A stretch of 54,050 nucleotides of DNA from an uncultured Gammaproteobacteria bacterium (GTDB taxonomy: Bacteria; Patescibacteriota; Patescibacteriia; Patescibacteriales; WJLG01), in the NCBI GenBank assembly GCA_964547855.1, contig CAZJPG010000004.1, positions 1-54,050 on the forward strand, given 5' to 3'. The translations under genes and the position numbers were made by a program. Below the pieces are notes generated by a model. That model was not told the origin of the DNA. It saw nothing but the letters and a program-made list of their open reading frames with translations, and made no database searches. Positions 25,925 through 33,900 of the stretch are shown piece after piece; within the stretch, counting starts at the first letter, position 1; every line of letters starts with the position of its first letter.

Positions 25925-26239
25925 AAATAAAAAACCTCCCGTCTCTTTATTGGAATATTAAAATTCCAGTAAAAGGACGGAAGGTTGTTCCGCGGTGCCA
26001 CCTTTTTTATTTTGCTAATTCGTTTTTGGCGTTTTATTTATAAAAATAATCCGCCAGTGACGGATTAACAAAATCTCTTTCACTGACTCAGTCTCGTCTT
26101 TTGAGACGACGACATCAGCTTTCCCATGATTACGGGGGAGTCCGGGCCAACACTATGTGCATTGGCCATCTCAGCATGCCCAACCCCTTGTATTTGCACA
26201 AGGGACATGCGTCAATGATTTTTGCGTTTATTAAGTACT
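25925..26239 (-). ncRNA. T-box riboswitch leader (transcriptional attenuator)
   Basis: Minus strand AAGG-UGGCACC-GCGG...CCGUCCUU antiterminator (T-box at 25990-26005) overlapping a long terminator hairpin at 25933-25986 plus U-tract; a sigma70 promoter lies upstream. Confidence 0.85.
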
Positions 26240-26245
26240 AAAGTC

Positions 26246-26274
26246 ATAATACACCTTTTTTGTTTTTTTGTCAA
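26246..26274 (-). promoter_or_regulatory. Sigma70 promoter for the T-box leader
   Basis: Minus strand TTGACA-17 bp-TATTAT. Confidence 0.8.
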
Positions 26275-26316
26275 TCTAGCTTGTTTTTTATGGTTAATGG
26301 GTGCTATTATTCGAAT

Positions 26317-27144
26317 ATGAGTTTACTGGAAAGAACTAAAGAAATTAGCAGAACATACGACATTCACCCGTCTCGCTCTAAGGGGCAGAATTTTTTAGTG
26401 AATGAAGATGTTTATAATAGGATCGTCGAAGCGGCTTCGTTGACCAAGGCTGATTCTGTCCTTGAGATCGGGCCTGGCTTAGGGTTTCTTACGGGTAAAT
26501 TATCGGAGGCTGCCGGCAGAGTTGTGGCCGTGGAATTGGATGATAAGTTGTTCTCATATCTTAAGGAGATGTTGAGTACTAATAATATTGATAATGTCGA
26601 AGTTTTGAATCAGGACGTTTTAACTTTAGACGCTTCTGATCATGGCATGTCTGACGGCAATTATAAGGTCGTTGCCAATTTGCCATACAATATAACATCA
26701 TTTTTTCTAAGGACCGTCTTCGAGACTTGGCCTAAGCCCAAGGAAATAGTTTTGCTCCTGCAAAAAGAGGTCGTAGAAAGGATTTGCGCCAAACCTGGCG
26801 ATATGTCGCTTTTGGCTTTGTCGATACAGTATTTCGCTGAAGTAGAAAGTCTATTTTTTGTTCCGCGTTCTGACTTTTGGCCCTCGCCGGAAGTTGACAG
26901 TGCCGTCATTCGTATTAAAACTAAGCCTGGGATCAGTAAAAATAGCGAGTTATTTCGTTTAGCAAAAATTGGTTTTTCGGCCAAGCGCAAGATGCTTAAA
27001 AATAATTTGGCTGGCGGGCTAAAAATTTCACCCGCTGAAGCCGAAACGATAATAGTTTCTGTTGGTCTTTCTCCTAAGGCTAGAGCAGAAGATTTGTCTG
27101 TATCCGATTGGGTGGAATTAGCGTCGAAAATCAGCCGTATTTGA
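26317..27144 (+). CDS. rsmA: 16S rRNA m6,2A methyltransferase KsgA
   Basis: KGQNFL, LEIGPGLG.LT, VELD, VANLPYNIT, P.PEVDSAV, F.AKRKML.NNL; ATG 26317 preferred. Confidence 0.95.
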   Translation: MSLLERTKEISRTYDIHPSRSKGQNFLVNEDVYNRIVEAASLTKADSVLEIGPGLGFLTGKLSEAAGRVVAVELDDKLFSYLKEMLSTNNIDNVEVLNQDVLTLDASDHGMSDGNYKVVANLPYNITSFFLRTVFETWPKPKEIVLLLQKEVVERICAKPGDMSLLALSIQYFAEVESLFFVPRSDFWPSPEVDSAVIRIKTKPGISKNSELFRLAKIGFSAKRKMLKNNLAGGLKISPAEAETIIVSVGLSPKARAEDLSVSDWVELASKISRI

Positions 27145-27182
27145 TCGTGTTTTATTGTTATTTCAATACTTCTTTTTTTATA

Positions 27183-27220
27183 ACGCCGAACAGCCATTAT
27201 TTGTTCGGCGTTTTGTTTTG
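27183..27220 (+). terminator. Intrinsic terminator after rsmA
   Basis: aacgccgaaca/tgttcggcgtt followed by a T tract. Confidence 0.8.
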
Positions 27221-27245
27221 TTCAAGAATAAAAATGTGGTATAAT
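27218..27245 (+). promoter_or_regulatory. Extended -10 promoter upstream of the giant-protein locus
   Basis: TGTGGTATAAT; -35 weak. Confidence 0.55.
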
Positions 27246-27285
27246 TTTATAGTATTTTAAGGAAGGCATTTAACCCTTCTAGTTT

Positions 27286-27954
27286 GTGGATATTTTAAAG
27301 AAATTTCGGGCGGAGAATTCTGCCTCGGAAAGCAATCTTAGTAGTAGTCAAAAGCTGGCCGTTTTCGGGCTAGCTATTTTGGGTATAACGACGATGATCT
27401 TTTGGGCGATCGGAATGAAGAATAACATATACCGCCCATTGGAGCCGAAGAGTAATGAGGCATCGAATGCGACTTGCCCGAATGGAAATTGTTCAGGCGT
27501 TGCCGATCAAACGAAATCGCAAGACACGGACCAAGATGGATTGTCGGATTGGGATGAGACTAATGTCTATGGCACGTCTCCATATATAGAAGACACTGAT
27601 AGCGATGGCATAAAAGACGGTGACGAGATCGCTCTTGGCACCGACCCCAATTGTCCTGCTGGGCAGGATTGTTCCGGTGCATCATCTGTTATCGAATCGA
27701 ATGTTACTACTGGCAACACTTCAGAAGATTCGACTATGCCAGATTCTCTTAATTTGAGTAAAGAGCAAGTCGAGGCTAATCAAGATGCGATCAACCAAGC
27801 GTTCACAGGTCAGGCAGATGCCAAAACATTAAGAGAGTTATTGAAAAAATCAGGTATGCCACAAGATATTTTAGATCAGATGACGGATGATCAGATAATG
27901 GCAGCCTATTTATCAACTTTAGAGTCCGCTACTTCCAATCAAACTGGAAATTAA
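27286..27954 (+). CDS. Single-TM protein with bacterial TSP3-like Ca-binding repeats
   Basis: DTDQDGLSDWDE and DTDSDGIKDGDE motifs; N-terminal TM; Cys pairs. Confidence 0.75.
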   Translation: MDILKKFRAENSASESNLSSSQKLAVFGLAILGITTMIFWAIGMKNNIYRPLEPKSNEASNATCPNGNCSGVADQTKSQDTDQDGLSDWDETNVYGTSPYIEDTDSDGIKDGDEIALGTDPNCPAGQDCSGASSVIESNVTTGNTSEDSTMPDSLNLSKEQVEANQDAINQAFTGQADAKTLRELLKKSGMPQDILDQMTDDQIMAAYLSTLESATSNQTGN

Positions 27955-27970
27955 ATTTTTTAAATAAAAT

Positions 27971-30900
27971 ATGAGCCTCAACTCGCACAATCAAAAGAAA
28001 GAGCCTTCCAAAATGAAGAAGCTCTTTTTGGGCGTCTTGGTCGCGGTATTCTCTTTAACTATCGCAACCTCTGCCGCTCCTGCCAATGCTCAAATAAGCA
28101 TTGTTGGATCTATTCCTGAAGTGACGACTAATCTTTTAGACAAGCTAAAAGAAGTATTTTCGACTTTATTAAAGAAGACTGGTTCGGCTTTAATGAATAG
28201 TGCGGTAAAGAATGCGGTCAACACCTTGGCATATGAGGCTGCCAATAAGGTGGGGGCTGGAATGACCGGACAGAAGCCGATGTATGAAGAGAAGGAATGG
28301 GGAGATATTTTTGCCGACACCGGCAATGCTGCTATTGGAGGTTTTATAGATTCCATGGATGAAGTTTGGGGGGTGAATCTTTGTGAACCAGATTTGAGCG
28401 TTAAGCTTAAGATAGGTCTTGGACTCAAGGCTCAATCTGCTCCACCTAAACCAAGTTGCGATTGGCAGACTTTGAGCAAGAATTGGGACATGGAAAAGTT
28501 AAAAGGAGATTTCACCAAAAATTTCGCCGTCACCTTTGAACCGAATAATAGCGATCTTGGGGCTGCTAGATTCTTGCTTAATTCCATGTTAGAGAAGGAA
28601 GCCTCCGAAGTCGCCGATAAAAAATTGGAAACAATGTCCAATCAAGGTTGGTTAAATCCTCGTAACATAGGTGGTATAGCCAAAACCTTTCCTGATAATG
28701 CCAAAATTCAGCTAGAAGGATCCAACCAGGCTTATTGGAATAGTATGGGAAAGGTCACTGGAGATATTTTTACTGACGCCGCTAATGTTTTTTTGAATCA
28801 ATTAGCCATAACGACTTATCAAGGAATAATGGCCAATTTAACGGAAAAGAGTAAGGATAACTCAAACGGATTAGCTGATGCTTCGGCTGATCCTTCGGCT
28901 GGCGGCGGAGCCGCTGGTGTACGTAGTGGTTTGGCTAAGATCGTTGAATCGCGATTCGATAGCCGAGGTGATTATGATATTTTAGGAGAATTGTCGTCTT
29001 GCGCTTCGACTCCAGGTGGTGTCGGGCCGACGAATTGTGTTATCGATGAGCGCATGCGCCAAGCTATAGAGCAAAAAAAGACCGTTGGCCAGGCCTTGAA
29101 AGAAGGTTTGTTAAGGTCTGATGCTCCATTTGGTTTCGTTTCTACTGGCAACGGCTTGGAACCTAACTATCTTGAGGGAATACCGTATCGTTCGATGTTG
29201 ATATTACGTAAATTTAGAATAATACCAGTTGGGTGGGAGTTGGCCGCTCAAAAAATATATAGCAGCAATGATGCTAAAAAGAACGCTTATTTGGGGAAAA
29301 TGGTTGAGTGCTATTCAAAAGATGATGCTTATGAAGGGTACTGGTCCGACTGGTGTAATGGGCTAGTCGACCCGGATTGGGTTTTGAAAGCGCCGCAGAA
29401 TTATTGCGCCAAGGAAGGTTATGGCCCGCAAGTTATCTTTAGCCAAGCCGTAGAGCAGGGATCGGAGAACGTTGTGACAGAGAAAGAAGATGTCGATGGA
29501 GATGGCATTCTTGATACCGAAGATGCTAATGGTAATAAAGTCCTTGATTCAGGAGAGGATATTAATGGTAATGGCGTCTTAGACACGGAGGATGTTAATG
29601 GTAATGGCGTCTTAGATGAAAAAAACGAAATAATTAAGTTGCCGCCAAAATTGATCGTTAATCGCTTGGATGGATATTGTGCCGATGAACAGTCATGTAT
29701 TAAAGAAAAGGCTGATGGTTCTTGTGAATATTATGGTTACTGCACGGAGGAGCGCAGAAAATGGAGTTTTGGTGGTGATTCTTGTGAGCCAGTCTTTAAT
29801 ACCTGCCAGACATTCAAAGGTGAGAAAGGGGAGTCGATCTCTTACTTGAAGAATACCTTGGATTTTTGTGATGCTAGCGACTATGGTTGTGAAAGATATG
29901 CCAAAGCCTCTGTTTTGAGTTATAGCACGACCGCCAAAGCTAATAATTGGTCTAATAACGATGGTTATAGTTATTTCAATAAAAATGCCCAGGAGTGCGA
30001 CGCCGATAATGAGGGCTGCCATGAATTTTTGAGAATAGCTAAGGGTGTTGGTACTAATTTGATCCGTAATTCTGGTTTCGAACAGAACCAGAATAGTGAT
30101 TATTGTACGACGATGTTCTCTGTGGATTGTAGTATATTTTCTCCGGAAGAATCTTCGGCCAGTAATCCTGGAGCTGAGCCAGAGAGATTTTGGCGCATCA
30201 AAAGCCAAGGAGGAGGTGGAGCTATAGCCGACGATGCTCCAGATCGCGGCGGTAATGTTCTTAGAATTAATTCTTCTGTCTCACCGGCCGGTTGGTATTC
30301 TCCAGATAGATCTGCTGGCTCCGATTACTCGGTCTTGCCACAAGGTTTTGTTATGGAGCCAGAGGTCTCTTATACCTTGAGTGCCGACATATACAATATA
30401 GATGCCGATAGAGTTGTTTTGGCCATAGGACGAGAGGGGCAATATTGGGAGGCTAAAGAAATAACGTCTCAAGGTAGCTGGGTTAGGGAGTCGGTCACTA
30501 TAAGAAACAATCAAGATATTTTAGCCAATGAAATAAGGATTTTCGGTTACGGTTCTTCGGGTGTAGCTTTTTATATAGACAATATTAAGTTTGAAATAGG
30601 GAACAAGGCTACGGCTTATAATGATTATCGTCAGAGCAATCTTGTCTACGAAAGACTCTTGCCGATCTATCTTGAGCCGATTTGCTATGTCGATGCCGCC
30701 AATGGCGACTATCGTCTAAAATCAGACGCTCCGACCGAATGCCGTCAATATGCTCGTAAGTGTAATCGTGATGAGGCTAACTGCGAAATGTTCACCTCGA
30801 CGAAGGATGGAGCTAAATTGCCAGCCGCCGTTGGTGATAAGGACTATTGTAGTGCTGAATGCAATGGTTTTGATTCCTATGTTCAGAGCCAAAATAATTT

Positions 30901-33900
30901 TAATTCACGTCAGGCTTTCTACTTTATTCCTAAGACGGCCGCGGTTTGTTCGGCCGCAGATGTGGGTTGCGAAGAATTTACAAACTTGGACAAAAGCGAG
31001 CAGGGTGGCGAGTCGCGTGAGTATTACAGTTATTTAAGGCAGTGCGTTAAACCAAACACTTCTGGCAATACTTGTGCTAGTTTCTATACTTGGGAAGGTA
31101 ATAATGAACAGGGTGAGCAGTTATCTTTGCATAATTTGAAGTCGGACCCCTCTGGAGATGTGTCGTTGACTAGCAGTGATCTCGGACTTTGTAGTGAGAC
31201 CATCTTTAATCTTGCTCCGACCGATCTTGGATATAATCCGGATTGCCGCAAATTCTATAATCAATCCGGTGGGGTCTCGTATCATCTTTATTCCAGAACG
31301 ATTTCTTGTACCGAGGATTGCCACCCTTATAGGATGAGCAATAAGAACGTCGACCCAGCCATAACTTCTTCGGCTGCTTGTACTGGCGCTTCGCGCAGTT
31401 GGGATAGTTCGATCAATGCTTGCCGCTATTGTGAGAACGGTGGGACTTGGAGCAGTGAACATCAGGCTTGTATATATAACGCCACTCCAGGTGAGAGTAC
31501 TGCCTGTTCCGCTTCGGCTAATGGTTGCTCTGAATTCAATGGCAATCAGGGAAATAACGTCAGACAGCTATTGCTGGATACTTTTGAGGCTGGGTCTAAT
31601 TCATGGAATGGTGGAACGGTCATGTCTTCTGCTGTTAGCGGTCTGAAGTCTTATCAAATAACTTCGACCGTCAGCCGTCAAGTCGGGAGGTCTGTTAAAC
31701 AAGGGGGCTCTTATGCCTTGAGTTTTATCGCAAAGCCGACAGGTTCTTCCGATGTCCAAGTAAGTGTTAGTATTGGTAATGGTATGTTGATCGATTCTTT
31801 TAGTGCTAACGCCGAAACAGAGTCATCGGTCACTGCTAAAGCTGACGAGTGGAATCTGTATCAACTCAATCTTCCTGTTTTAAATCACGAAGTCACCGAT
31901 TCAGAGATGTTGATAATAAGCATTTCCGGCGGCGGTGTCTATCTCGACAATATTAAATTGACCGCTATCACCGAACGTTATTATTTAGTCAGAAATTCAT
32001 GGAAGACGCCGGATTCTTGTAATCAGGATGAAAATGGCAAGCCTTATCCTTTGTATATGCTGGGTTGCTCGGAATATAAAGATCGTCTTGGCAATATACA
32101 TTATTTGCATCGTTTCTCTAGACTCTGCCAGGAGTCGGCCGTTGGTTGCGAGGCGATGATCGACACTCAGAATTCCACTAAGCAGTCCAGTGAATATTTC
32201 TCCGCTGGAACTGGTACCTTGGTCCCTTCCGATAGGGTGTCGTATGCTGTCTATGATCCGGATAAGAAATGCAAGAGCACTAGCAAAGGTTGTGAACGCT
32301 TTGGTTTGGCCAAAGAATATCAGAACTCATATACTTATTCCGACGTTTTTATAAAGAATGACCCTGATAAATATTCAAGTACGCTTTGCTCTCAGGAAGG
32401 CGTTGGTTGTAACAAGTGGGCGGCTGCCGATGGTGATTATTATTTCAAGGATCCTGGTGATATGGTCTGTGAGTGGCGCATAGGTAAATTACCAAGCAAG
32501 AGCGCGCCTGATTGGGGCTGGTTCAAGAAGAAGGTCAAGCGTTGCAATGGTACGGATGCAGTTTGTTCGTCTAATCTAGATTGTGCTATCGGGACTTGTC
32601 AGCTTGAGACCACTCCAGATGAGGATTTAGCTTGTCCAGTGTCTAGTCTTAAGACTTTTGGCCAGGGCGGCATGGGTAACGAAGTGTTCCAGCCAGTTGA
32701 GGAGTCTGGGTTTAATTGGGTTGGACTATGTTCTACCGATCAATCTGGCTGTACCGAATATATAGAGCCGGTCAGCGAGTTTTCTTCCAACTTGATATAT
32801 AATGCCGATTTTAGGCAGGATATAGATGGCAATGGTGTCGCCGATGGCTGGACAAGTCCGGCCAATGGTCAGAGCCTGTTCTTGGAGGGAGGAAGTCTCT
32901 ATGCGTTGACGGTCGAGGGGGCGAATATGGCCACTGTCAACGTTTCCTCTCCGACCTTTATGCCATTCCATTTGTTAAGTAGTGATAATTCACTTCTTGA
33001 TCCTATTGGCAGCTTCGTCGTTCATGGCAGTTCAAGCGTGATATTTTATCTTAATAGCAACGCCGAACCAGCGGTGACGGTTTCTAGTAATGACGCCAAT
33101 AATTCTTCTAAGATAATATTAAGAAAAGTCATAACTGACTATCAGCTAACGTCTGATGTGGACAAGAAATCTTGCAATGGAGTCGCCAATGTCGGCAATG
33201 GCTGCGTTTACTTTAATGAGAGATCGGTCGTAGGAGCTTCTGGTCTGTCATCGCTGACCAAGAACGCGTGGTTGGAGTATGGCAAAGAGATAAATGTTGG
33301 CAACCCAGTCAATAATGTCAACCAGCTTATAAAAGTATCGCCTGACCGCGTTTGTAATACTTGGTTGTCATGCAAAACTTACACGAAGGGCGATGACAAT
33401 AAACCAGTCTGTTTCGATATCGCCGAATGCGATCGTTTGGACGCTGGTGGAAATTGCGCCAACTTCAAAGTTATCGAGCCTAATCGGAAGCAAGATCGTG
33501 TCTACGATCCGACCGATCCTACGGCCGAAAATTCCGAGACCGTAAAGAACGCCTCTGGCTATGTTAAGATCGCCTACGCCGGAGTTCCTACTAGTATCTC
33601 GGTTAAGAATTGGCTTCCGAGCGATTACAAGCTTTTTGGCTTGATGGAGCAGGACGGAGAGAAAGTCAATGTCTCCAATGGTAATTTTGAGGACAATATC
33701 AAAGAATTGAATTCTAATAAAAACGGGTTTGTCTATAAGCCAATGGGTTGGTCTCCGGCCAATGCCAATTGGGATTCGTCTTCAATCGGAGGTAGTGGTA
33801 TGTTCCAGGTGATAACCGATCCGTTGTCAGCTCAAAATTTCGGCATAGATTATCCAGCCGAAGGCAGAGCCTTCTTGCAGTATAGTCCGGCCAATTCCGA

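Noticed and set aside
26075-26125. Hammerhead ribozyme in the T-box leader (CUGAUG...GAAA on the minus strand)
   Set aside because: The core reads CUGAUGU, not CUGANGA, and the stems do not place GAAA correctly
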